Source: a virus
Lineage: Duplodnaviria; Caudoviricetes
Virus record (IMG/VR): IMGVR_UViG_3300035107_000641
Location: 1-59,488 of that record
DNA length: 59,488 bases
Strand: one strand, 5' to 3'
Shown here: in pieces, positions 27,191-36,708 of the stretch
How the letters are laid out: each line of letters opens with the position of its first letter
How positions within the stretch are numbered: the first letter of the stretch is position 1
Translations under genes and position numbers: made by a program
Notes under the pieces: model-generated
Told to the model about the DNA's origin: nothing
Seen by the model: the letters and a program-made list of their open reading frames with translations, nothing else
The model's database searches: none

Positions 27191-27243
27191 GGTAGTGCCT
27201 CCATCGGTGGAACCCCGAGAATCCTCTCTGGAGGCACGCTCGG

Positions 27244-27834
27244 TCAAGCAGCTTGCTTGCGATTCGACTCACGAGCCTTGCGGAAAGCGAGCTTTGCAGA
27301 CTCGCGGTAGTCGGGAGAGGTCATCCATCCCCAGGCGAGCCGAGCGAGCTCCCAGTCGCGATCGGCCAGGGCCGACCTGAACTCGCCGAACAACTCGCCG
27401 TCATCCATGGACTTGAAGAGGAGCTTCTGTTGGTGCAAGCCGAGGTGCTTGATGCATACAGGGCCGATGCCGCTCCTGATGCTGTCCGGGTCGGTGAGTT
27501 CGCGCCCGCACTCGCGGCATGTGCACTCGACCTGGTAGCCAAACCCGTGCTTGCTGATCCAGCCTTCAGGGTTGGCCACGATCGATGCGTGAGCGCGGTG
27601 GGTCTTGTCGTCGAACTTGCGGAAGGGCTTGACCTGCCCCTCCTGGTCGACAATGGCGAAGCTCTCGAAGTCGCGCCCGACCTTCTTGGCCACCACGCGC
27701 ACCTTCTTCTTGTTGCGCTTGGGTCCCCACTTCTCGGTGCGGATGCGGTAGATCTGCACCCCGCCAGTGGCGGGGTTGGTGACGGTGAGGTGCCCGTTGA
27801 AGAGCTCGACGCTGTACTCGGTATCCGTGTTCAT
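27244..27834 (-). CDS. DUF6011 Zn-finger protein
   Basis: CRECGRELTDPDSIRSGIGPVC. Confidence 0.8.
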   Translation of the reverse strand: MNTDTEYSVELFNGHLTVTNPATGGVQIYRIRTEKWGPKRNKKKVRVVAKKVGRDFESFAIVDQEGQVKPFRKFDDKTHRAHASIVANPEGWISKHGFGYQVECTCRECGRELTDPDSIRSGIGPVCIKHLGLHQQKLLFKSMDDGELFGEFRSALADRDWELARLAWGWMTSPDYRESAKLAFRKARESNRKQAA

Positions 27835-28057
27835 GATGTTCTCCGGTAAGGAGCTATCAGGTTCCGCCTGACTCGGCCGGGGTCATGTCCCCCGCTGACA
27901 ATATTTAATCTAGGGTGGTATCAAATTTTGTGTAACTTTATTTTTATCGTATTGCGAGCAAAAAACAGTTTTCAGTCAGGGTTCCATCTTGATGTTGCCT
28001 GAACATCGATGCTATCTCTGAATCAATACACTTCATGAAAACCGCTCGGAGATCCAT

Positions 28058-28888
28058 ATGCCGCCAGCCTTCACACCGCCTTTGTCATTGGCAGAAGTTC
28101 AAGCCGTTTTTGCTTCCGAAGGCATTCAGGTTGACGAGGTGTTGGGTTCAGGAGGGCAGGGAGCAGCGTTCAAAGCAACTGACAGTAAAACAAACAAGGT
28201 GGCTTTAAAGATTTACGGCCCGCAGACAACCCTCCCGAGAATTGAGGGGGAAATTGCCAAACTCCAAGAGCTCGATTCGCCCCATGTGGTCAAACTGTTT
28301 CAATCCGGCGACTGCCAACTCCGAAACTATCCGTTTCGTTGCCCGTATATAACACTCGAGTTTATCGATGGGCAGCCCTGCAATGAGTTGGTTGGCAGCA
28401 TAGCGAAAGAAACGGGGCAAAACCTTGACGCTGAAATATCAAAGCTCTTGTTAGATGTTGGTGATGGCCTTGATGTCATATGGTCAAAGAGGATTGTCCA
28501 CAGAGACATCAAACCCGCAAACATAATGAGATGCACTGATGGTTCGTATACCATTCTGGATTTCGGACTCGCCAAAGCTCCTGATGACGATTCAATCACG
28601 GCCACAGGGTTCGTAGTTGGTACTCCAGGATACATGTCCCCAGAACAAGCGCGAGGCGCGAGACGCCTCACGATTCGCTCAGACTTGTTTGCGCTTGGGA
28701 TCACCGCTTACTACATTGCATCAGGAGAACACCCATTCCACGGGTTCCAACACTTCATAGGAAGTGCTCGCCCCAAGCCACTCTGCGATGTTTGTGATGT
28801 AAGCCAGCGAACAGGAAGCGCCGTCGACTCCTTGCTAGAACTAGACAGAATGAACAGACCAACTTCAATCTCAAGCCTGTTAGGATAA
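28058..28888 (+). CDS. Hanks-type Ser/Thr protein kinase (catalytic domain only)
   Basis: LGSGGQG, VALK, HRDIKPANI, DFG, GTPGYMSPEQ, SDLFALG. Confidence 0.95.
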   Translation: MPPAFTPPLSLAEVQAVFASEGIQVDEVLGSGGQGAAFKATDSKTNKVALKIYGPQTTLPRIEGEIAKLQELDSPHVVKLFQSGDCQLRNYPFRCPYITLEFIDGQPCNELVGSIAKETGQNLDAEISKLLLDVGDGLDVIWSKRIVHRDIKPANIMRCTDGSYTILDFGLAKAPDDDSITATGFVVGTPGYMSPEQARGARRLTIRSDLFALGITAYYIASGEHPFHGFQHFIGSARPKPLCDVCDVSQRTGSAVDSLLELDRMNRPTSISSLLG

Positions 28889-28892
28889 AAAC

Positions 28893-30161
28893 ATGTTCTA
28901 CCTGAATGTAGGTTACCACTGGGACGTATTAAGAGAAGTCAAGGACGCCATAAGAGGCGCAATCTTTTGCGCCTCTACAATCGATATGGTTGCAGCACTA
29001 AGGAGAGAGTGCGCGTTGCCAAACAAAGTTTTATTTGATCCTCAGATGTATCTGCTGGACTACGAACTCGAGCCAGAGACTCACCTCTCACTCGTGAGAC
29101 GGCTTTGCACCTACAACTTCTTCGGAATAACAAGGCCTGAGTTCAATAGCAGTGAGCAGAACCAGTCGGAATACAAACAAGGTTTGTCCGAAAACCTAAA
29201 CGAGATCTGGAAGAATAAATCACCTCACGATCGCATATGGGGTGATTTGGTAGAAGCCGCAATCGCATTCCAAAAACTATTCGGCGTATCAAGTTATATT
29301 TTGCCATCAATCTTGATACGAGACCCAGAAGATAACTTGGATAGGTTCTTTAATCGGTTGGATGAGGCATCACAACACATACCAGATGACAAGCCTACGT
29401 ACATCTCGGTAGCGCTCAGTGAAGCCGCCATGGCTCATAAACCGGCCTCTGAAAACGAGCTGTTAGCATCCCTTGCAGATGAACTAACTGCGCGACCTGA
29501 GATCAAACATGTCTATATAGTTTTAGCATCAGAGTCTTCGAATAGCATTCGACACCTTAACCCAAATGCAATTGGTGGCTTTCTTGCTCTCACTAAGTTG
29601 CTTTCGGAAAACAAGATAGATGTTCTGGTGAACTTTGCTGAATCGCTCGGGATAGCTGCGTTAGGCTTTGGAGCTGGGGGTTACGGTGCAAGCTACTACA
29701 ATAAAGGAAGGGCGCTGAGGTTGTCTGACTTTGTAGAAACAAAAGGTCGCGGCGCTTACCCTAATTTCCATTCAACCCATTTGGCAGTCGATTTCGAAGC
29801 CGAAAACGATTTGGTGAAAGTTAGAGATTGCCATTTGTTGAAGTGCCTGAAAGACAGTTGGACTCCTGCTTCAAAAAATCTAAAAAAAGCTCTTGAAGCA
29901 GGGCAATCACCAGCAGTCATACCAGGTTGGGCCAGAACAAAGAACAACACTAAACTTGCTAGGATGCAATTTGCTCACGGACACAGCAAAATGGGGGACC
30001 GCAAATGGACTCCTTCAGATGTATTAGACTGGTTACAAAACGCTGAAATGATCACAGATTATATTGACAAAAAAACAAGCAACAATCCGATGTCATATAA
30101 GTTCAAAACAGCACATCTCAAGGTGTGGAGAAAGTCTGTTGAAGATCTGGTTAACTTGTAA
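28893..30161 (+). CDS. Uncharacterised alpha/beta (TIM-barrel-like) protein
   Basis: 422 aa, alternating strand/helix pattern, LFDPQMY motif; 4 bp after the kinase stop. Confidence 0.6.
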   Translation: MFYLNVGYHWDVLREVKDAIRGAIFCASTIDMVAALRRECALPNKVLFDPQMYLLDYELEPETHLSLVRRLCTYNFFGITRPEFNSSEQNQSEYKQGLSENLNEIWKNKSPHDRIWGDLVEAAIAFQKLFGVSSYILPSILIRDPEDNLDRFFNRLDEASQHIPDDKPTYISVALSEAAMAHKPASENELLASLADELTARPEIKHVYIVLASESSNSIRHLNPNAIGGFLALTKLLSENKIDVLVNFAESLGIAALGFGAGGYGASYYNKGRALRLSDFVETKGRGAYPNFHSTHLAVDFEAENDLVKVRDCHLLKCLKDSWTPASKNLKKALEAGQSPAVIPGWARTKNNTKLARMQFAHGHSKMGDRKWTPSDVLDWLQNAEMITDYIDKKTSNNPMSYKFKTAHLKVWRKSVEDLVNL

Positions 30162-30927
30162 ACCACTCGTCTTTTTGGTGGCGAGCCATGTCCCAAAGCA
30201 ATCTCAGCCTCATATTATTAATTTGGTCCCGCGCATTTTTGGTAGCGCGGGGTCGTACGAGTTTGAATATTCGACCTGACTGATCAAGTACCGCAAGTCC
30301 CAATCCTCTCTCTTTGCATTCCTTTCTCAGTTCGGAGTTTTCACGCTGCTCATCTGGCATTATAACCCAGGATCGATCTGACTTTTGTGCGTAAACAGCA
30401 GCTTGTATGATCGCTTGTCGCCAGTCATACAACTTGGCCTCAAACGCCACCACCTCAGATGGTAAGATGCAATGCCAATCACCAGCTGCCAACGCCATAC
30501 CTGATTCTGTTCTTGTAATCAGGTGATGGCGTTCCATCTTTCTGGTGATTTCTTTCACCTTATTTAGGTCGCTCCACGTTCTCGATGCCAAAGTCTCGGC
30601 CTTGAGAGGTCTGGGCACCAACTGCGCCATATAAAACAAGTCCGATTGTTTGACTTGTCTAAATGGCTTCAACCTTTTTTCACTGGGTGGAGGATTTTGA
30701 AATCTGGCCAAAACTATGTCAGCTATCCGACCACCGAAGTCGACTTCAAACCTATATTGAAAAGTGCCGGGTTGAAGCAGAAAGCTACCCAAATGAGGAA
30801 TGAAAGCTGTCACCAATTCTTTTTCGCTCAAAAAAGTCACGATTGAATCCAATGAGGGGCGGCAGAAGCTTTCAGATATGCTGTTTGGTTGTTCAGTGTA
30901 GGTCTTGCCTGCGCAAAACACAATCAT
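30151..30927 (-). CDS. PD-(D/E)XK nuclease-fold protein with inserted winged HTH
   Basis: FEVDFGGRIADIV ... wHTH ... AFEAKLYDWRQAIIQAAVY ... GLGL. Confidence 0.7.
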   Translation of the reverse strand: MIVFCAGKTYTEQPNSISESFCRPSLDSIVTFLSEKELVTAFIPHLGSFLLQPGTFQYRFEVDFGGRIADIVLARFQNPPPSEKRLKPFRQVKQSDLFYMAQLVPRPLKAETLASRTWSDLNKVKEITRKMERHHLITRTESGMALAAGDWHCILPSEVVAFEAKLYDWRQAIIQAAVYAQKSDRSWVIMPDEQRENSELRKECKERGLGLAVLDQSGRIFKLVRPRATKNARDQINNMRLRLLWDMARHQKDEWFTS

Positions 30928-31096
30928 ATGACGATCGATTAACGATCGCTTGAGCTATTGCATTTTTGACAATATGTGTTAGTGGCCAAACAGGTCAAGC
31001 ATCAGCCTGGTGCAAATCTCACACGACCACGCAACATCTCCATCGACACGCCCGATAACCTCCATGAGCGCAATCCCGCGCACCACGGAGGTTCCC

Positions 31097-31318
31097 ATGC
31101 ACCCCAACGATCAAGACGGCCTGAAGCAAATCACCGAGGAGCTGCTCGCGTGTGGCGTCCACCTGGACGAACCACGCGAGCCACTGGAGGTGGGCATCCT
31201 CGAACCCACCGAGGACATGGCGCCGCGTGAGCCTCGCGCTCGACGGCCAAGCCGGTGGTGCGACAAAAAATCTGGTAGACAGTTGATCTCTTATGCTTGG
31301 TGCGGCAGGCTTGACTGA
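31097..31318 (+). CDS. Hypothetical protein
   Basis: MHPNDQDGL... with GGAGG SD. Confidence 0.5.
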   Translation: MHPNDQDGLKQITEELLACGVHLDEPREPLEVGILEPTEDMAPREPRARRPSRWCDKKSGRQLISYAWCGRLD

Positions 31319-31352
31319 ACGAACGAGCAGCTAACAACACAGGAGGTTAGCC

Positions 31353-31622
31353 ATGGAAGAGGATTACACGGTCATTTATGAAGATGCGGATTTCCAACCA
31401 ATGGAGGCATACGACCGCGAGCAAACGAAATACATACGGGTTGCCGTACCAGGAGAGCTCATCTTGATGACCCATCTGAGCGGTGGACTCCCTGGATTCA
31501 ATGCCATTTACACTGGAAGTACAGACCATCCTGCAGGGCCATTTGAAACGGTCTTGGGTTGCACTGATCCCGAAGTGGCGATCCAACGTGCAGTCGACTG
31601 GTACGCTACCATCGCCAGATGA
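31353..31622 (+). CDS. Hypothetical protein
   Basis: AGGAGG SD, 89 aa. Confidence 0.65.
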   Translation: MEEDYTVIYEDADFQPMEAYDREQTKYIRVAVPGELILMTHLSGGLPGFNAIYTGSTDHPAGPFETVLGCTDPEVAIQRAVDWYATIAR

Positions 31623-31843
31623 CCACGCTACCACCAGCCACGCACGCGCCAGCGCCACCCACGAGCTTCCAATCCCGCTGACTCGCGCCGTACCCTGCGA
31701 CTGCTGAGCAGATCACCACAGCGGTCCACCCCACCACCGCCCCCCGCGACATCCTGCTCTTCTCCTCGTGTAGCTCGAGCTGCAAGCGGAGCACTTCATC
31801 CTGGGCGGCCTTCTTTTCGCGCGTGAGGGCCAGCGAGCAGGTT
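31606..31843 (-). pseudogene. Orphan 3' fragment of a coiled-coil/TM lysis-type gene
   Basis: GC-rich frame CSLALTREKKAAQDEVLRLQLEL...two hydrophobic stretches, cut off upstream by TAA and AT-rich DNA. Confidence 0.35.
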
Positions 31844-32091
31844 TATCTCGTACATCATTGGAGCCAAGATAGGTTCTCCCTTCCTGCCGTTGGCACCCAT
31901 CCTGACAAGGCTCGCGCTTCTTTATCTTCTTGATGCAGTCGGAAATTTACGTAAACTCGAATGAGTCAAATTAATTTATTGCGTCTGGAGTTCTCGTTAG
32001 TGCCACTGGCTGGCACTTTTGATTTCAAGTTCCTTGGTCAATTGTTTGTAAAGTTGGACTTATCTAACCCATATCCGAGCAAGGATTATGT

Positions 32092-32676
32092 ATGAGCGAT
32101 GAAAAGTCGTATCCCGATACTGAGAATGCGACGCCAACCAATAAAACCCCGAAAAGAGCGATGGTAAATGGCAAGCCTGTGCGTGTTGGGGAAGACTTGG
32201 ACGATGCCCATAGGGAACTGACTGAGTACTTCATGCAGATCAATGATGAAGCAGGAGTGTACGAAGCAAATCCGTTGATGAGCCAAATCCACGACAAATT
32301 AGAGCGATTGGCACACGAGGGCACTCCCAAGCGTATCGTACTCAGCCATCGTGGGTTGCTTGTTATGGGTTCTTGGTACCCAGAGCATCGTGCAGATGAA
32401 CTGTCCGAAGCAATGACCTCGGGTCGGTTTACGGAGACCTTTTCGACTGCTGACCAAGTCAACATTCTTATGCAAGGTTTTCATTCACTGGCAACCCAAG
32501 TTTTGCAAAACACGAATCATGCTCTCCGAACCGAGGATAGTGAAGATCGGCAAGATGCATGTGACACCGCCATTCGTCTTTTGCGAGTGATTGGCGATCA
32601 GGTTGATGCGCTTGTTCGTCAGGTTGATTTTGTTAAACAGGGACTCCACTTGGAGGACGAAGAGGGGGCAAAATGA
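32092..32676 (+). CDS. Hypothetical protein with degenerate DHp-like C-terminus
   Basis: MQGFHSLATQVLQNTNHAL resembles AHDFNNLLTAILGNTELAL with the His position as Gln. Confidence 0.5.
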   Translation: MSDEKSYPDTENATPTNKTPKRAMVNGKPVRVGEDLDDAHRELTEYFMQINDEAGVYEANPLMSQIHDKLERLAHEGTPKRIVLSHRGLLVMGSWYPEHRADELSEAMTSGRFTETFSTADQVNILMQGFHSLATQVLQNTNHALRTEDSEDRQDACDTAIRLLRVIGDQVDALVRQVDFVKQGLHLEDEEGAK

Positions 32677-33608
32677 AGGTTTTGAAAATTGCCATGTTCC
32701 TCATGTTCTGCATGGCGTTCTGCGGATGCGAAGGCGATAAACCTACAACTTGGATGGAAATCATCAGTCTCGGAGTAAGCATCTGCGCCGCTCTTGCGAG
32801 CGCGGTATCACTGTATTTCGCCGGCAGATCGGCGACTGCGGCGGAGACGTCTGCCAACGCCGCCAAAGAAACTGCACAGATTGAAAAGGATTGGTTGGAG
32901 AGGAATGTTAACATCTCACAAAATTATGTGGAACCAAGCGGACATGAAGTGCCAATTGGAGGTTTGGGTTTCAAGATATCAAACCCGCATCGTTCACTTG
33001 TTTGGGTTGAGGAACTTCGCGTGTGTTTCGGTGATGTGGTTTACGCCAAAAGTGACCAGGCAGATGGTTGTCTTACAATTTTGAGAGGTGGAGGCAGCGC
33101 GCGTGGTGCTCTCGGTCGGAGAATCGAAATGAGGAGCCTCGCCTTCCATAATCCCCCGTTTCTCTTACAACCAGAGGATCAGATCGAGGGCTTGTTTCAC
33201 CTCGATGCTATTCTTCCTCTGTTTTTAGAAAGTCTCGGCGAGATCAGTGAGTTTGCTCCGGTGATTGAGGCAAGAATAAGACACCGCGAAGGGTGGGTCA
33301 AAGGGGCTGCTCAAACTCTAAACCTTCGAGAATTGGCCAAGGCTTTAGAGGAATACGAAGCGACTCGAGAAGAACTCCAGCGGTCTGACTTGGCCAAGGA
33401 GTTGGCCAAAGAATTGAAGGGGGCCAAAAGCGGGTCGGCAATCAGCGAAAGACTTGAGCAGGTAATGGAGGAGCACGGTGCAGACGTTGGAGCTCTGGTT
33501 GTCAGGGCACTGAATGCTGCGAAGGCGGAGCCGGAAGAGGCCGCTATGACCGGGAGTGAATCAATAGCCGAGTATCTGGGTTCAAGAAATAGATCAAGCA
33601 ATGAGTAG
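32673..33608 (+). CDS. Membrane-anchored/lipoprotein moron
   Basis: Signal with FCGC, then a TM helix and SATAAETSANAA stretch. Confidence 0.65.
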   Translation: MKVLKIAMFLMFCMAFCGCEGDKPTTWMEIISLGVSICAALASAVSLYFAGRSATAAETSANAAKETAQIEKDWLERNVNISQNYVEPSGHEVPIGGLGFKISNPHRSLVWVEELRVCFGDVVYAKSDQADGCLTILRGGGSARGALGRRIEMRSLAFHNPPFLLQPEDQIEGLFHLDAILPLFLESLGEISEFAPVIEARIRHREGWVKGAAQTLNLRELAKALEEYEATREELQRSDLAKELAKELKGAKSGSAISERLEQVMEEHGADVGALVVRALNAAKAEPEEAAMTGSESIAEYLGSRNRSSNE

Positions 33609-33668
33609 CGAACAGCCAGTTTTCAGCCAGAACAAGAGCAGCGTTACGCGTCGAAGCCAACCCATCTT

Positions 33669-34103
33669 TCACTCCTTCTCGCGCTCGCGCTTCCACTGGT
33701 GCGCTCTCCCGCCCGCGTACCCGAGCACAAACACGCCGACGAGGATCACGAGCACCTTCTTCCAGGTCGGCCTACGCGCGAGCTCCTCGAGTTGTTTTCG
33801 CTGCTGCTCCTTCTGCGCGCCGCAGCTCATCGCCTCCCTGTGACAGGAGCGCTCCTTGAGCTCGAGCGCGCCCTCGAGCGCGCTGATCTCGCCCGCGCGA
33901 AACTCGGCGCACATGCTCGCGCGACGCATCGCACGCGCCGCGCACTCGCGCTCGGTCTCGCTCTCCTTGCAGCGGGTGGGCTCGCAGTTCTCAGTCGTTG
34001 GACGTGTCCCACCACTGGCTACCGGGGGGGACGCCCTTGTGGTCGCCGGGTGTGTCAGAAAGGTGGCCATCAGTGCGAATGTCATCAGGTGGCGGCGCGT
34101 CAT
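33669..34103 (-). CDS. Exported Cys-rich coiled-coil protein with C-terminal TM (spanin-like)
   Basis: Signal peptide, Cys residues, C-terminal hydrophobic helix; overlaps the upstream lysis gene by 113 nt. Confidence 0.45.
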   Translation of the reverse strand: MTRRHLMTFALMATFLTHPATTRASPPVASGGTRPTTENCEPTRCKESETERECAARAMRRASMCAEFRAGEISALEGALELKERSCHREAMSCGAQKEQQRKQLEELARRPTWKKVLVILVGVFVLGYAGGRAHQWKREREKE

Positions 34104-34419
34104 CGATTACCTCCGAGAGGTCTTTTGTGGGGGTGGGGGCGGGACGAAGAGGAGGCTTGACCTTGACCTCCGTGACAAGCCCCGGACCTGTCTCCTCCTC
34201 GAGCCCTTGCGGTTCACTCTTCTCATCTTCTTCTTTGCTTCCCCCCCTCTCCCACAGCTTCCCCCCGAGCAGGGCAGACAGCAGCGCGGCGAGCACGCCG
34301 AGGGCCTTGGCGAGCAGGGTCTTCCCCTGGATAAGCATCACGACCATCAAGGTCAGCGACACCAGGACGAGCCCGACGAGCGCCAGGTCACTCCAGGCCA
34401 GCAAGATCAACTCGTTCAT
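33991..34419 (-). CDS. Membrane protein in lysis cassette (spanin- or holin-like)
   Basis: Two N-terminal TM helices and an acidic Pro-rich tail. Confidence 0.5.
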   Translation of the reverse strand: MNELILLAWSDLALVGLVLVSLTLMVVMLIQGKTLLAKALGVLAALLSALLGGKLWERGGSKEEDEKSEPQGLEEETGPGLVTEVKVKPPLRPAPTPTKDLSEVIDDAPPPDDIRTDGHLSDTPGDHKGVPPGSQWWDTSND

Positions 34420-35330
34420 GGCGCGCTCTCCTTTTTCAAAAGCCTCGCCCACTCACAGCGCAGCGTGTCCACCAGGGGAGCCGAGGCGTCTTCGGTGATC
34501 TCGCCCTTGACCAAATAGCCCTTCGCGCCGAGCTCCAGCGCGCGCGCCCTCGTCTCCTCATCGCCCAGGCCCGACAGCACCCAGATCGTGAGGTCGGCCA
34601 GTTTCTTCTCCGCGCGCACTTGCTCGAGCACCTCGAGCCCGCTCATGTCCGGGAGTTCGAGATCGAGCAGCGTGATGTAAGGGCGCTCGAGCGCGCCCGA
34701 GCGCATCAGCGTCAAGGCTCCCACCCCTGTCTCGGCCACGGCGATCTTGTGCGCGACGTGGTGCCGCCGGAGGCTGCGCAGCAAGTGCTTGCGGTCGGCG
34801 CTGTTGTCCTCGACGAGCAGCACGTTTAGGGACGCGAGGTTTGTCACGAGGTCCTCCTCGCTCTGCGCGACGTCACTCGTGATCTCCTCGAGCGTGAGCG
34901 GCACGGGAATCCCCGGCATCGACTTCGAGCGCTTGCGCCCCGCGTCCGCCTTCTCCTCTTTCGTGTGCTTCTCGCGGTGCACCCGATCGAGGATGGCGCT
35001 GATCTGTTCGGGGTGCTCCTCGGCGAAGTAGAACCCGTCCAGCACGCGGTCATGCTCGCGCAAGATCTCATTGCGTTCGTCCTTGACCTCCTCGAGCTCC
35101 TGGCGAAGTTGCTCGATCTCAGCCTTGTGCTTGTCGCGATCCGTCTCGCACTTCTCCTTGTACGCGTCGCGCTCCTTGCGCAGCTCGGCGTTCTGCGTCG
35201 TCTCGCTCTCCTCGAGCTCCTTGACGCGTCCTCCGAGCAAGGCAAACAGCTTGTAGAAGAAGCCGGTGACCGCGAACATCACGCCGGCGATTCCCCCGAT
35301 CTTGGCCCCGTTAACGATCCAGTCGTCCAT
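34416..35330 (-). CDS. TM-coiled coil-receiver (REC) domain fusion
   Basis: N-terminal TM, coiled coil, then VLLVEDN, LLDLELPDMSG, VLSG, AKGYLVK. Confidence 0.9.
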   Translation of the reverse strand: MDDWIVNGAKIGGIAGVMFAVTGFFYKLFALLGGRVKELEESETTQNAELRKERDAYKEKCETDRDKHKAEIEQLRQELEEVKDERNEILREHDRVLDGFYFAEEHPEQISAILDRVHREKHTKEEKADAGRKRSKSMPGIPVPLTLEEITSDVAQSEEDLVTNLASLNVLLVEDNSADRKHLLRSLRRHHVAHKIAVAETGVGALTLMRSGALERPYITLLDLELPDMSGLEVLEQVRAEKKLADLTIWVLSGLGDEETRARALELGAKGYLVKGEITEDASAPLVDTLRCEWARLLKKESAP

Positions 35331-35754
35331 GGCGACCTCCGGTCTCTAGAGCATGCTCGAAGCAGGCAAACAACGCCGTCAGCATCGCGGTGCCGTACAT
35401 CGGCGTGGAGGTCAGTGACCAGGAGAGCGACCCGAAGGCCCACGCCACACAGGCCCACCAGGTCACGATGAGAAACAATGCTGGGATCTTGACCGGGTGG
35501 AGCTTGCGAAACAGGGAGACGAGCAAGAGCAACACCCCGAGCGCGAGCGCCAACCCGCCCGTCACGCGCGACCCGCCCACGAACAGGGTCCACGCATACA
35601 GCCTTGGAAACTGCACATCGAGCGGCGGGTGCGCCATGATCATCACTATCCCCCAGCCGACGAGCTGGATGATCAGGATCACATCCAGCGCGCGTAGGCG
35701 ATCCGGGGATCGGCGCATCCAAAAGAAGAGAAGTTTGGCGGCATACGCGCGCAT
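35311..35754 (-). CDS. Multi-TM membrane protein (holin-like)
   Basis: About four hydrophobic segments; downstream of endolysin. Confidence 0.55.
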   Translation of the reverse strand: MRAYAAKLLFFWMRRSPDRLRALDVILIIQLVGWGIVMIMAHPPLDVQFPRLYAWTLFVGGSRVTGGLALALGVLLLLVSLFRKLHPVKIPALFLIVTWWACVAWAFGSLSWSLTSTPMYGTAMLTALFACFEHALETGGRHGRLDR

Positions 35755-35769
35755 CTTTGACTCCCTCGT

Positions 35770-36051
35770 CTAGGGTTCGATTTTGGCCTCGGCATTCCCC
35801 GCCTTCACCGAGAGCCCCGCGTAGTGCTTGACCCCGAGCAGCGTGATCGTCCCGAAGCCCGCGAGCGCCGCGCCGATGGCGGCGACGTACACGAGCGGCT
35901 TCACGTCCGCGTCGAGCTGCGCTCCGAGGGCCGCGGCGAGCACCGCGCCAGCGGCCAGCAAGGCGATCAGTCCCCCGATGAGGATCAGGAAATAGCCAGC
36001 GCGCTCGTGCGCCTGGTCAAACGGCTTCTTGTCGTCTTCTTTTCGCGTCAT
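35770..36051 (-). CDS. Two-TM holin-like protein
   Basis: Two TM helices; ATGA-coupled to endolysin. Confidence 0.55.
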   Translation of the reverse strand: MTRKEDDKKPFDQAHERAGYFLILIGGLIALLAAGAVLAAALGAQLDADVKPLVYVAAIGAALAGFGTITLLGVKHYAGLSVKAGNAEAKIEP

Positions 36052-36686
36052 GCCTTCCACCTCGCTCCAAACAGGAAGGGGGAGTCAGGGCTACCCGGAT
36101 CCTTGCGCGCGCGCCGAAACACACGCACTGGCGCCGGGAAAGCGCCCACGTTCCCTTCGATCGTGTAAATCCATGCGTCGTCCACGGCTGCGATGACGCA
36201 GATGTGTCCTGACCAGTCGTTGTTCGGGTCTTTGTCTGCGTCCGGCCCGTCACGGTTGTTGACGAGCAGGTCATCCGGCGCGAGCTCGAAGGGATCCTCG
36301 ATCGCCGGATTCCCGCTCTCCTTGACGACCGCGAGGCCGAGGCGGCGCGCGCCGATCTTGTAGGGCGTGCCAGGGCCATACGCGCGCTCGAGCCAGGTGG
36401 ACGAGCTCCCCGCACACCACAGCCCCGGTCCTCCTCGCATGTAGCCTCGCACCCATGGTCCGTCATTGCGGGACCCTTCTTCCTGGGCGCCAGCGAGCAG
36501 GTCTTTAAGAGCTTCCTTCGCGATCGGCGTGGTGATCACGTCCGGGTCCAGGTAGCGCCCGCCTTTTGTCAGCTTGCCCGCGATGCCGTCCTCAGCGAGC
36601 GGGCGCCCGCGATGGTCAAAGCCCATGCGCTGCAAGATGGCGGTGTCCGTGATCCTCTTCGAGATCTCGGTGTAATCGATCAGCAT
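36048..36686 (-). CDS. Endolysin: PG-binding motif plus CHAP amidase
   Basis: LAEDGIAGKLT; WCAG, GHI, TIEGN; AAGGAGG SD. Confidence 0.8.
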   Translation of the reverse strand: MLIDYTEISKRITDTAILQRMGFDHRGRPLAEDGIAGKLTKGGRYLDPDVITTPIAKEALKDLLAGAQEEGSRNDGPWVRGYMRGGPGLWCAGSSSTWLERAYGPGTPYKIGARRLGLAVVKESGNPAIEDPFELAPDDLLVNNRDGPDADKDPNNDWSGHICVIAAVDDAWIYTIEGNVGAFPAPVRVFRRARKDPGSPDSPFLFGARWKA

Positions 36687-36708
36687 GATGCCCTCCTTGG
36701 AGCAGGCG

